Assembly (NCBI GenBank): GCA_019414565.1
Contig: DXLU01000007.1
Location: forward strand, 2,191-66,190
Reading direction: 5' to 3'
Length of the DNA stretch: 64,000 nt
Origin: Collinsella sp.
GTDB lineage: Bacteria > Actinomycetota > Coriobacteriia > Coriobacteriales > Coriobacteriaceae
Part shown: piece after piece, positions 56,020 through 64,000 of the stretch
Numbering within the stretch: the stretch's first letter is position 1
How the letters are laid out: each line of letters opens with the position of its first letter
Program-made: the position numbers and the translations under genes
Notes under the pieces: model-generated
Database searches by the model: none
The model's input: only the letters and a program-made list of their open reading frames with translations
What the model was told of the DNA's origin: nothing

Positions 56020-58203
56020 TTAGGACCAGAGGAAGTCACTGCGGGTGACGGTGGCGCCGATGGCGAAGGGCATGCAGGCGATGACCGGATACAGGTAGCG
56101 CATGTAGGTCGAGCCGTTGCACGGACCAATCAGGCACACGGCGAGCACGCCCAACAGCGGCACCCAGATCGCCAGCGCACGCCATGAATGACGACGCAGC
56201 AGGTAGACCACCACGGCGATCATAATCCACACATAGGTGGCCGAGCTCATGGTGAGCGAAATAAACGGGATGCGCTGCACCGCCACACGGTACAGATTGA
56301 TCAGGTGGTCGCACCAGCGCACCACGTTGCTGTCAACCGGATGGAAGTCGAAGTACTTGAGGTTGTCGGGACGCGCCATGATCTCGGCACTACGCGCCGT
56401 GCTGTAGACCCAGGCATCGCGCGCGCTCGGATAAAAGTAGCCGTAATAGTTATTGATGAGCGCCGAGATATAGCACTCGGGATCCTTTTTGAACATCTGC
56501 GCCCAGACCTCAAAATAGGCCTTGATGTCCTCCTGCGAGGCGTACTCGTTAAAGCAGTTCTTGACGGCATCCGACTTATCCGGGTTGTAACGGCGGCCCA
56601 GATTCTCGTACTTGAGCACCCGGTCGATCACGGCGCGCTCCTCATCGGTCACCAAGCCGTCGCAAGGAGCCTCCACGATGGTGCCGTCCTCCTTTACCGT
56701 GGGGTTGACGCCCGAGTTGAGGCCGTCGTGCTTTTGGACGAAACGAGCCGTCTGTTGGAACGGAATCGAGAGGATTTCGCGCTTGGAACCAGGCGTGATG
56801 TCGTGCGCCGGCATAAAGACCTTGGTGAAGTACATATTAGAGGCAAGGCAGAGTGCGAGCACCGCGAGGACGCCAACCCAGCGGAAGCGCGGCGTGGCGC
56901 ATGAGACCGCGGTGCCCGTCTGCTTAGCCGCACGACGGGCGACATGTACATCCCATGCGCAAAACGCCGCCGCAATCACGCAGGCCGCCAACGGAAAGAC
57001 CAGACCGCCATTGCGCAAAAACGTGGAACCCATGGCAGCCAGCGCAAGCAACAGCCAGTCGTGGCGCGCAAAGAGCACGGGCCTCTGTTCGCCCGCACGC
57101 TCGGCATTGGCATCACGACGGGGCAAGCCACATGCCACGAGCTTGACGGTCTGTACCAGCAGCACCAAAAACGCGTCGGCAAAGAGCACGTCTTTGGTGA
57201 GCAACGCCGCGTAGTTAGAGAACATCGGCATAAACGCAAAGAACAGCAGGATCGCACCGCGAACCGGCAGGCTCACGCCCAGTTTGCGCAGCGACGAAAT
57301 GGAATAGGCCATGCAGGCAGCCGTGATGACAAATTGAGCGCAGGTATAGATGATGAGGCCCGCGTTAGCGCTGTTGAACAGCGAAAGCCCCAGTTGAACG
57401 CACGAGCCGATAATGGCCGTGTGCACTACGGGATGATGCCCGTTGAGCAGCACGTTGGGGTTGAGTAGGCGCAGGTAGTCGCTCGTGCCGTTGGGATAGT
57501 TGAACCACTGGCGAATCTGCGCACCCGTATCTCCCATAAAAAGGCCGGGCAGCGAAGCGATGAGCGTGGGCGCCCAGGCGATCATAAGCACCAGGAAGGG
57601 CCCGGCAAAGGGATGGACCGAGAGCACGGCGTGAGCCACACGCCATATGCGGCCAAAGTGCGCCTCGGAAAACGGGATGCGTCGGGAGCTCAGCCAATCC
57701 AGACACTCAAAAGCCAGATAGAAGGCCACGATCGCTAGGAGCATCCAGCCCGCGCCGCCAATCCAGGCGCAGATGATGCGGGCCTTGTCGCCAAGAACAA
57801 TCTCGGCCGAGTCGGTGAGGTCGTAGCTGCGGCCGAACACCATGCAGATGGCGAAAAACAGCGACGGCAGAATGATCGATGGGCGCCAGGTGTCGCCACG
57901 GCCAAAGAACACGTAGCGAAACGGCAGCGTGAGCAGGCAGGCAAGCGCAAGCAGCATGACCGCGTCGGTATGGCCGGCAAACGAGAGGAGCACCTCGTAG
58001 CACACGTACAGCATGCCCGAGGCTTTGGGGTCAATCGCCAAGACTGCGTTGCTCGACACCGGGGCGGGATCGATGGAAAACGCCGTGGTCGCCAACAGCG
58101 CGAGCAGAAATGCGATGAGCGTCTGCTTGGCGGGGTAGCGCTTAAACCAGACGATGCGGGCCGCGTCGCGCGCAGCCGTTGTGGAGAGATCGGAATCCTT
58201 CAC
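56020..58203 (-). CDS. Large polytopic membrane protein of unknown function (GT-C-fold glycosyltransferase-like / DUF6020-like; assignment tentative)
   Basis: The 727-aa product has roughly 12 or more predicted TM helices (estimated by eye). A ~150-aa soluble loop falls at about residues 480-620. I recognise no catalytic motif with certainty. Confidence 0.55.
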   Translation of the reverse strand: MKDSDLSTTAARDAARIVWFKRYPAKQTLIAFLLALLATTAFSIDPAPVSSNAVLAIDPKASGMLYVCYEVLLSFAGHTDAVMLLALACLLTLPFRYVFFGRGDTWRPSIILPSLFFAICMVFGRSYDLTDSAEIVLGDKARIICAWIGGAGWMLLAIVAFYLAFECLDWLSSRRIPFSEAHFGRIWRVAHAVLSVHPFAGPFLVLMIAWAPTLIASLPGLFMGDTGAQIRQWFNYPNGTSDYLRLLNPNVLLNGHHPVVHTAIIGSCVQLGLSLFNSANAGLIIYTCAQFVITAACMAYSISSLRKLGVSLPVRGAILLFFAFMPMFSNYAALLTKDVLFADAFLVLLVQTVKLVACGLPRRDANAERAGEQRPVLFARHDWLLLALAAMGSTFLRNGGLVFPLAACVIAAAFCAWDVHVARRAAKQTGTAVSCATPRFRWVGVLAVLALCLASNMYFTKVFMPAHDITPGSKREILSIPFQQTARFVQKHDGLNSGVNPTVKEDGTIVEAPCDGLVTDEERAVIDRVLKYENLGRRYNPDKSDAVKNCFNEYASQEDIKAYFEVWAQMFKKDPECYISALINNYYGYFYPSARDAWVYSTARSAEIMARPDNLKYFDFHPVDSNVVRWCDHLINLYRVAVQRIPFISLTMSSATYVWIMIAVVVYLLRRHSWRALAIWVPLLGVLAVCLIGPCNGSTYMRYLYPVIACMPFAIGATVTRSDFLWS

Positions 58204-58279
58204 AGTCCGAAAGCCTTTCTAGAAACCTATCAAACTCAGCAAAACCACCACAAAGGTGCCTGTGTCCCCTTTGTGGTGG

Positions 58280-59101
58280 TTAGGCGTCGAGGTAGATGCG
58301 CTGGGGACGGTTGCGGTGTCGCGCGAAGATGATGAGCGCCAGGCCGGCGATCACGAGCGGAAGACTCAGCAGCTGCCCCATCGTGATGACGCCGCCCAGC
58401 AGATAGCCAAGCTGGGCGTCGGGCACGCGCACGAACTCGACGAGGAAGCGGACGATGCCGTATCCCATCACGAACACGCCCATAAACGTACCCTGAGGCA
58501 GCAGCGGCTTTTTGCGGCTGAGCACCTGCAGAATGCAAAAGAGCACGATGCCCTCAAGAAATGCCTCGTAGAGCTGGGAGGGGTGACGCGGCATATCGCC
58601 CGCAGTCCCGCCAAAGACCACACCCCAGGGCAGATCGGTCGGCTTGCCCCACAGCTCACCATTGACAAAGTTGGCACAACGGCCCAGGCACAAGGCCAGC
58701 GGCGCGCCGATGACGGCAAGGTCTGCCAAAGTCCATGCGTCGAGCTTATACATGCGGCACACGATGATGCCGCCGATAATACCGCCCACCAAACCGCCAT
58801 GGAAGCTCATGCCGCCCTCGTTGGTGGCAAAGATCTCGAGCGGGTGTGCCCAGTAGTAGCCATCACCGTAAAAGACGACGTAGAACAGACGGGCGCCGAT
58901 GATAAGGCCAAAGACCACGCCGACCACGACACTCGTCAGGTCGTCAATCGTGATGTTAAAGCCCCAGCGACGCTGCGTGCGGTACATGACGACCGCCGTG
59001 AGCAGGGCACCGACCACATAGGCCAGACCATACCAGTAAATCGTGATGGGCCCCGCCGAAATCGCGACGGGATCAAGCATATGGTAGAAGTCGTTGAGCA
59101 T
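58280..59101 (-). CDS. lgt: Prolipoprotein diacylglyceryl transferase
   Basis: YWYGLAYVVG ... GGMSFHGGLVGG ... GRCANFVNGELWG ... HPSQLYEA are Lgt motifs. The start is at Met21, with an AGGAGG SD. Confidence 0.94.
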   Translation of the reverse strand: MLNDFYHMLDPVAISAGPITIYWYGLAYVVGALLTAVVMYRTQRRWGFNITIDDLTSVVVGVVFGLIIGARLFYVVFYGDGYYWAHPLEIFATNEGGMSFHGGLVGGIIGGIIVCRMYKLDAWTLADLAVIGAPLALCLGRCANFVNGELWGKPTDLPWGVVFGGTAGDMPRHPSQLYEAFLEGIVLFCILQVLSRKKPLLPQGTFMGVFVMGYGIVRFLVEFVRVPDAQLGYLLGGVITMGQLLSLPLVIAGLALIIFARHRNRPQRIYLDA

Positions 59102-59210
59102 GTCGACCCTCCTACTCCCTACATACAAATGCGGCCGCGGGCCTTGCGCTCGCAGCCGCATATTTGGGCGTAACGTCTATGCGGAGTATGCCGTCCGCAG
59201 CTTTCGCATC

Positions 59211-59489
59211 TTAGAACGGCGCGTACTCGTCGTACAGGTCGTCGGTCTCGCCGGAGGCATTAACCTGCTCGACACGGGTAACGCCGGGCACATGCTCCTT
59301 GAGGATACGCTCGATACCCATGGACAGGGTCAGCGCGCTCATAGGGCAGCCGGCGCAGGCACCCTGCAGCTCCAGTTTGACGACGCCCTCGTCGTCAACA
59401 CCCACATACTCCATATCGCCGCCGTCGGCCTGCAGGTTGGGGCGAATCTCTTCAAGAACCTTCTTAAGCAGCTCTTCGTTAACAGCCAC
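59211..59489 (-). CDS. NifU-like (Nfu-type) Fe-S cluster assembly domain protein
   Basis: IRPNLQADGGDMEYVGVDDEGVVKLELQGACAGCPMS contains the CxxC motif. Confidence 0.88.
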   Translation of the reverse strand: MAVNEELLKKVLEEIRPNLQADGGDMEYVGVDDEGVVKLELQGACAGCPMSALTLSMGIERILKEHVPGVTRVEQVNASGETDDLYDEYAPF

Positions 59490-59661
59490 AGGGGCTCCTT
59501 TCTCACAATAACGCGGGCACGCCCGCGGACAGGGGCTATGTTACTACAGCCATGTACCCGCTCACGAGCCATCCATGCGCGCGGACACGACTTTCACGAG
59601 CAGTCAATTTGGGACGGGGATCTTTTAGCTGCCTGTTGTTACCAGCTGGCATTGTCACGCG

Positions 59662-60186
59662 CTACTGCTGAGCCTGCCCCTCGGTACCGATGTGAACATC
59701 GACGATAACCTGGCGGTAGCTAATACCGCAGGAGTCGAGAATGCGGCGGCTGATGCGGCCGTCGTCGGTGTCGGCGTACTTGTTGTCCAGGTAGACAACC
59801 TCGCCCACACCCACCTGCGCCAAAATCTTAGCGCAGTCGTGGCACGGGAACAGCGTGACGTAGACCGTGGAACCCTCGAGGTCCTTGAGCGAGCCACGGT
59901 AGTTGAGCACGGCGTTGGCCTCGGCATGGACCACGTAGTTGTGCTTGTCCTGCAGCGGGTCGTCGCTCGTACCCCACGGGAAAAAGTCGTCGTTGAGCGC
60001 CGAGGGCGTACCGTTGTAGCCCACCGAAAGGATACGGTGGTTGGTGCTGGCGATGCACGCACCCACCTGCGTGTTGGGGTCCTTGCTGCGGCGCTGTGCG
60101 GCGATGGCCACGCTCATAAAGAACTCGTCCCAGCTAATGACGTCCAGGCGCTTGCCTGACGAAGTTTGATGAAGATCGTCCGACAT
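59662..60186 (-). CDS. dCMP deaminase (ComEB family)
   Basis: SWDEFFMSVA ... VHAEANA ... PCHDCAK are zinc-binding deaminase motifs. The start is at Met13, with a GGAGG SD. Confidence 0.9.
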   Translation of the reverse strand: MSDDLHQTSSGKRLDVISWDEFFMSVAIAAQRRSKDPNTQVGACIASTNHRILSVGYNGTPSALNDDFFPWGTSDDPLQDKHNYVVHAEANAVLNYRGSLKDLEGSTVYVTLFPCHDCAKILAQVGVGEVVYLDNKYADTDDGRISRRILDSCGISYRQVIVDVHIGTEGQAQQ

Positions 60187-60271
60187 GGCAGACACCTCCG
60201 TAATCGCAATAGTTTGACCCATTGTAGCAGGTGAAAGGTGGGGGGCGTTTGTCCCACCGGCGCCCTCACTT

Positions 60272-61123
60272 TTACACGCGGCGGGGCTTTTGGTTGATGC
60301 GGTAGAGCTCGGCGAGTCCTCGCAACGTCAGCGCGTCGTCTACCGTCAGGCTGTGGCCGACCAGCGACGCGAGCGCCTCGGCATCGTCGCCGGTAATGAC
60401 GATGGGCACGTCGCCCTCCCCCGAGGCCTTGGTCGCGCGCATCTCGGCAAGCACCATGTCGAGCATGCCGTCGATGCGTGCCACCTCGCCCAGAACCACG
60501 CCCGAACGCATGGCCTCGCGCGTGTTGCGGCCGATCACATGCGTGGGTGCCGAGGGCTCGACCTGCGGCAGACGCGCCGCAGCAGCCGAAAGCGAGCGGG
60601 CGCCAAGCGCCAGACCCGGCGCGATGACGCCGCCCACAAAGGTGCCGCGCGCGTCGATGACCTCGATATTGGTCGTGGTACCCAAGTCGATCACGATGCA
60701 CGGAGAGCCGTAGACGGCACGGGCCGCCACGGCGTCGGCAATGCGGTCGGGGCCGATCTCGGCCGGGTCGTCGTAGCGGACGGGCATGCCGGTCTTGAGG
60801 CCCGGCCCCACGGTGAGCACGCGCCCCGTGCAGGTGCGAAAAAGTGCCGCCTTCCACGGACGCTCGAGCGCCGGCACCACGCAACTCAGGACTGCAGCTG
60901 CGGGAACGAGCGCGCCGGGCATGCCCGCATCGGCCGCCAGCGCGGCCATGACTTGAGCGAGACGCATACGCGCTTCGTCGGCCGTAATGCTCGACGGCGT
61001 CGTGATCTCGCACGTCGCAAGCGGGCATTCCTGTGCCGCGGCCGAATCCTCGGCAAACAGGCCAAAGCGAATGAACGTGTTGCCCACGTCGACCGTCAAT
61101 ATATATGCGCACCCATTAAGCAT
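60272..61123 (-). CDS. coaX: Type III pantothenate kinase
   Basis: LTVDVGNT ... DRIADAVAA ... VIDLGTTT ... GRNT are CoaX motifs. The start is at Met19, with an AAGGAG SD. Confidence 0.92.
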   Translation of the reverse strand: MLNGCAYILTVDVGNTFIRFGLFAEDSAAAQECPLATCEITTPSSITADEARMRLAQVMAALAADAGMPGALVPAAAVLSCVVPALERPWKAALFRTCTGRVLTVGPGLKTGMPVRYDDPAEIGPDRIADAVAARAVYGSPCIVIDLGTTTNIEVIDARGTFVGGVIAPGLALGARSLSAAAARLPQVEPSAPTHVIGRNTREAMRSGVVLGEVARIDGMLDMVLAEMRATKASGEGDVPIVITGDDAEALASLVGHSLTVDDALTLRGLAELYRINQKPRRV

Positions 61124-61314
61124 CGTCGGCGCTCCTTTCGTCTGCCCAGCAGTATATCGCCTACCTAAACCAGTCATCCCAAAATGACTGGCTTGCGGTT
61201 ATACTGATGCGCGGCCGCGCGCGAGCTCACGCGGCGGCCCTTGGTAACCCGACTTCCCGCGCCGTATCCGTAACGGCGCTCCCGGGGAAGCGGATATACG
61301 CAAAGGAGTTTTAT

Positions 61315-63018
61315 ATGAGCAATCCCTCGAACCGCGCTTCGATGCGCGGGCAACTCACGCTGCGCGGAGTCGTCATCGGCGTCCTTGGCTGCGTGATCAT
61401 CACGGCAAGCTCGGCCTACACTGCCCTCAAGATGGGCGCACTCCCCTGGCCGATCGTCTTCGCTGCCGTCATCTCGCTGTTCTTCCTTAAGCTCATGGGC
61501 AACGCTAGCCTCAACGAGGCAAACGTCACCCACACCATCATGTCCGCAGGCGCCATGGTCGCCGGCGGTCTGGCGTTTACCATCCCGGGCGCCTGGATGC
61601 TGGGCTATGCCGACCAGATCAGCTGGCTCGACATGTTTATCGTGGCACTCGCCGGCACCATCCTGGGCTTGCTGGCCACGGCACTCATCCACCGTCACTT
61701 TATCGTGGACGCCGCGCTTGAGTTCCCCACTGGCAACGCCGCAGCTCAGACCCTGCGCGCGACCGAGGCCGGCGGCAAGACCGGCAAGCAGCTCTTTGGC
61801 TCCATGGCCATCGCCGGCATCTATAGCGTGCTGCGCGACGCCCTGGGCATTGTGCCCAGCATGCTGTGCACGCTCAATATTCCCGGCGTGACCTTTGGTA
61901 TCTACAACTCGCCCATGCTGCTCTCCGTCGGCTTCCTCGTGGGCTTCGCCCCGGTCGCCTTCTGGTTTGCCGGCGCCCTGCTGGGCAACTTTGGCATCAT
62001 CGTGGGCGGCACCGCTGCCGGTCTGTTCGATGTTGTGACCGCGCAGGGCATCGTCAAGTCCCTGGGCATGGGCCTCATGATGGGCTTTGGCGTCGCCGTC
62101 GTCCTCAAGGACATCCTGCCGCAGGTCGCCGGTATCGTCCGCGGTCTTGCCGCCGACAGCTCCACCGACACCGACGAGCAGTCGCTCATCTCGGGCTCCC
62201 TTAAGCTCGACGCCGGCATCATCGGCCTGGGCGCTGCCGCCATCGCCGTGATCGTCGCCATCGCGCTCGACCTTGGTCCCGTCCCGGCCGTCATCGTGAC
62301 GCTGTTCACCTTTGTCACCACCATCATGAGCGCGCAGAGCTGCGGCCAGACGGGCATCGACCCCATGGAGATCTTTGGCCTCATCGTCATGCTCATCGTG
62401 GCAGCCTTCGCACAGATCGCTCAGGTCAAGCTGTTCTTTATCGCCGGCATCGTAGCCGTGGCGTGCGGCCTTGCAGGCGACGTCATGAACGACTTTAAGG
62501 CCGGCGCTGTGCTGGGCACCAACCCGCGTGCGCAGTGGATTGGCCAGGCCATTGGCGGCATCGTGGGCGCCCTGGTCGCCGCAGCCGTCATGGTCGCGCT
62601 CGTCACCGCCTATGGCCCGGACGCCTTTGGCCCCGACAAGAGCTTTGTTGCCGCGCAGGCAAGCGTTGTCGCCACCATGGTCTCGGGCATCCCGAGCGTG
62701 CCGTGGTTCGTTGGCGGCTTTATCGCCGGCATCGTCATGTACTGGCTCGGCATTCCAGCCATGATGATCGGCCTGGGCGTGTACCTGCCGTTCTACATGT
62801 CACTCACGGCATTCCTGGGCTCCTGCGTCAAGCTCGCCTACGACAAATGGTCCGCCCACCACGACGCCACCGCTGGTCTTTCTGACGAGGAGAGGGCTGC
62901 CAAGGATGCCGCCTTCCAGGAGCAGGGCCTGGTTGTCGCCAGCGGCCTGCTCGGCGGCGAGTCCATCGTCGGCGTTATCCTGGCGTTTGTCTCCGTGGGC
63001 TTAAGCCTGCTGGGCTAA
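61315..63018 (+). CDS. OPT-family oligopeptide transporter
   Basis: RGQLTLRGVVIGVLGCVIITASSAYTALKMG matches the OPT N-terminus, and about 16 TM segments follow. An AAGGAG SD precedes the ATG at 61315. Confidence 0.88.
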   Translation: MSNPSNRASMRGQLTLRGVVIGVLGCVIITASSAYTALKMGALPWPIVFAAVISLFFLKLMGNASLNEANVTHTIMSAGAMVAGGLAFTIPGAWMLGYADQISWLDMFIVALAGTILGLLATALIHRHFIVDAALEFPTGNAAAQTLRATEAGGKTGKQLFGSMAIAGIYSVLRDALGIVPSMLCTLNIPGVTFGIYNSPMLLSVGFLVGFAPVAFWFAGALLGNFGIIVGGTAAGLFDVVTAQGIVKSLGMGLMMGFGVAVVLKDILPQVAGIVRGLAADSSTDTDEQSLISGSLKLDAGIIGLGAAAIAVIVAIALDLGPVPAVIVTLFTFVTTIMSAQSCGQTGIDPMEIFGLIVMLIVAAFAQIAQVKLFFIAGIVAVACGLAGDVMNDFKAGAVLGTNPRAQWIGQAIGGIVGALVAAAVMVALVTAYGPDAFGPDKSFVAAQASVVATMVSGIPSVPWFVGGFIAGIVMYWLGIPAMMIGLGVYLPFYMSLTAFLGSCVKLAYDKWSAHHDATAGLSDEERAAKDAAFQEQGLVVASGLLGGESIVGVILAFVSVGLSLLG

Positions 63019-63058
63019 GCTGAGCAGCTGCTCGACAGCAACCATATTGCCTCGATTT

Positions 63059-63100
63059 GCCCGGTCGGTAGCTTTCGCGGCTATCGACCGGGCTTTTTGA
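63059..63100 (+). terminator. Rho-independent terminator after the OPT transporter gene
   Basis: The stem gcccggtcggtagc / gctatcgaccgggc is followed by TTTTT. Confidence 0.8.
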
Positions 63101-63115
63101 TACCAACGCAAAGAA

Positions 63116-63150
63116 AGGCCGGCGCACTGCGTTTAACAGCGCGCCGGCCT
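63116..63150 (-). terminator. Rho-independent terminator after the surface-protein gene
   Basis: The stem GGCCGGCGC/GCGCCGGCC is followed by TTTCTTTGCG on the minus strand. Confidence 0.75.
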
Positions 63151-63218
63151 TATCGTTTGGCTATCGAGACGGTCCCGCTATGAACCGAAGTTCGTTTGCA
63201 GAATCTACGCCCGAAACG

Positions 63219-64000
63219 CTACATCTGCTTGCGACGACGATCGCCCAGCGTCACGCCCGCAGCCACGAGCGTAATACCGCCGATAACGAAGACCTCGCCC
63301 GCAAGCGCGGAGGTATCGCCCGTCTGAGCAAGTGCACCGTCCGTGGCCTTCTTCTTGGCGACAGGAGCCTTTGCGGCAGCCTGCGCAACCTGAGGCTTGG
63401 CCTGCGGCTCAGCCTTGGGATGATACTTGTCGTACTCGGCCTGCGCGGCAGCCAGGGCATCCTTGGCATCGCCAAGCTCGGCAAGCGCGGCGGCATAGGC
63501 GTCGTTGGCATCGGACAGCTTGGCATCGGCATCGCTCAGAGCAGCCTTGAGACCAGCGGCGGCATCGACGGCAGCCTTATAGCGAGCGTAGGCAGCGTTC
63601 AGCTTAACCAGCTTCTCGTTGCCCGTCGTGCCCGCGGCAAGGGATGCCTTATGGTCGACAGCCTCAAGATCGGCCTTGAGTGCCTCATCGCTGGCAAGCT
63701 CGGCCTTGGCCGTGACGATCTCGAAGTTCGCATCGACGACGGCTTCGTTGGCGGCCTCGAGCTGCTTCTGGGCATCGGCGACACCGGCGACGGCAGCGTC
63801 ATAGGCGGCCTTGGCGTCGTCGACCGCCTTCTGGGCACCGGCGAAGCGCTCGAAGGCCTTGTTTGCGGTGGCAAGCTCGTCCTCGGCGGCCTTGGCCTTC
63901 GCCTGTGCGTCGGACAGGGTCTGCGTCTTGGCGGCAACTGCCTGCTTGGCGCCCGAAAGAGCGGTCGCGGCGTGCACATCTGCGGCCTGAGCCTTGTCAA
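63219..64000 (-). CDS. Alanine-rich coiled-coil cell-wall-anchored surface protein, C-terminal part (LAQTG sortase signal); 5' end outside the window
   Basis: The C-terminus is ...KKKATDGALAQTGDTSALAGEVFVIGGITLVAAGVTLGDRRRKQM. That is an LAXTG motif, a hydrophobic helix and a basic tail. The frame stays open to the window edge. Confidence 0.85.
   Translation of the reverse strand, partial: DKAQAADVHAATALSGAKQAVAAKTQTLSDAQAKAKAAEDELATANKAFERFAGAQKAVDDAKAAYDAAVAGVADAQKQLEAANEAVVDANFEIVTAKAELASDEALKADLEAVDHKASLAAGTTGNEKLVKLNAAYARYKAAVDAAAGLKAALSDADAKLSDANDAYAAALAELGDAKDALAAAQAEYDKYHPKAEPQAKPQVAQAAAKAPVAKKKATDGALAQTGDTSALAGEVFVIGGITLVAAGVTLGDRRRKQM

Noticed and set aside
60114-61112. A 332-aa Arg/Gly-rich minus-strand ORF overlapping coaX and the dCMP deaminase start.
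   Set aside because: It is in an alternative frame of the clearly recognisable CoaX gene. Its composition is typical of off-frame translation of GC-rich coding DNA.
61178-61314. A hairpin-containing leader (cttccc gcgccgt atccgta acggcgc ... ggggaag) upstream of the OPT transporter could be a riboswitch.
   Set aside because: I recognise no known riboswitch core sequence, and a single hairpin is not enough to call a regulatory RNA.

Overview
This is a high-GC chromosomal segment dominated by housekeeping genes, nearly all on the minus strand. Protein signatures and gene order suggest a Coriobacteriia (Collinsella-like) actinobacterium, but that is inference only.

Gene content from left to right:
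- A partial BMP-family binding protein and a metallophosphoesterase.
- The conserved block tRNA-Tyr/Thr/Met-tuf-rpmG-tRNA-Trp-secE-nusG-rplK-rplA.
- tRNA-Thr(UGU), then disA-ispD-ispF-cysS-rlmB-yacP.
- A plus-strand insert: Mn riboswitch-mntP and a hipBA toxin-antitoxin pair.
- pepD, clpC, a ThrE-family exporter, and lysS carrying an extra C-terminal tRNA-binding domain.
- greA, tatA, tRNA-Pro, ispE, veg, dtd, rdgB, rph.
- murI, a HAD hydrolase, murE, asnB, then tRNA-Val.
- argCJBD with ARG boxes.
- An FMN-riboswitch-controlled ribU-ecfAA'(fused)-ecfT operon followed by two PNPOx-like paralogs.
- groES-groEL.
- A divergent pair of amidohydrolases.
- A frameshifted zinc-ribbon membrane protein.
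- yitT, the amaP-DUF2273-asp23 stress operon, yebC, a large polytopic membrane protein, lgt, nifU-like, dCMP deaminase, coaX, an OPT transporter, and a partial LAXTG-anchored surface protein.

I found no CRISPR array, transposase, integrase or obvious multi-gene defence island. The unusual signals are non-coding:
- A 20-nt DnaA-box-containing motif is repeated at two intergenic loci (6.2 kb and 19.9 kb).
- An iteron-like CTGTnACAG cluster sits next to the first locus.
- About 2.5 tandem ~185-bp repeats each regenerate the 3' end of tRNA-Val, followed by a low-GC segment bounded by inverted repeats.
- Two very long nested palindromes flank groESL.
- A conserved terminator module is shared by two unrelated genes.

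Non-ORF coordinates were counted by hand and may be off by 1-2 nt.
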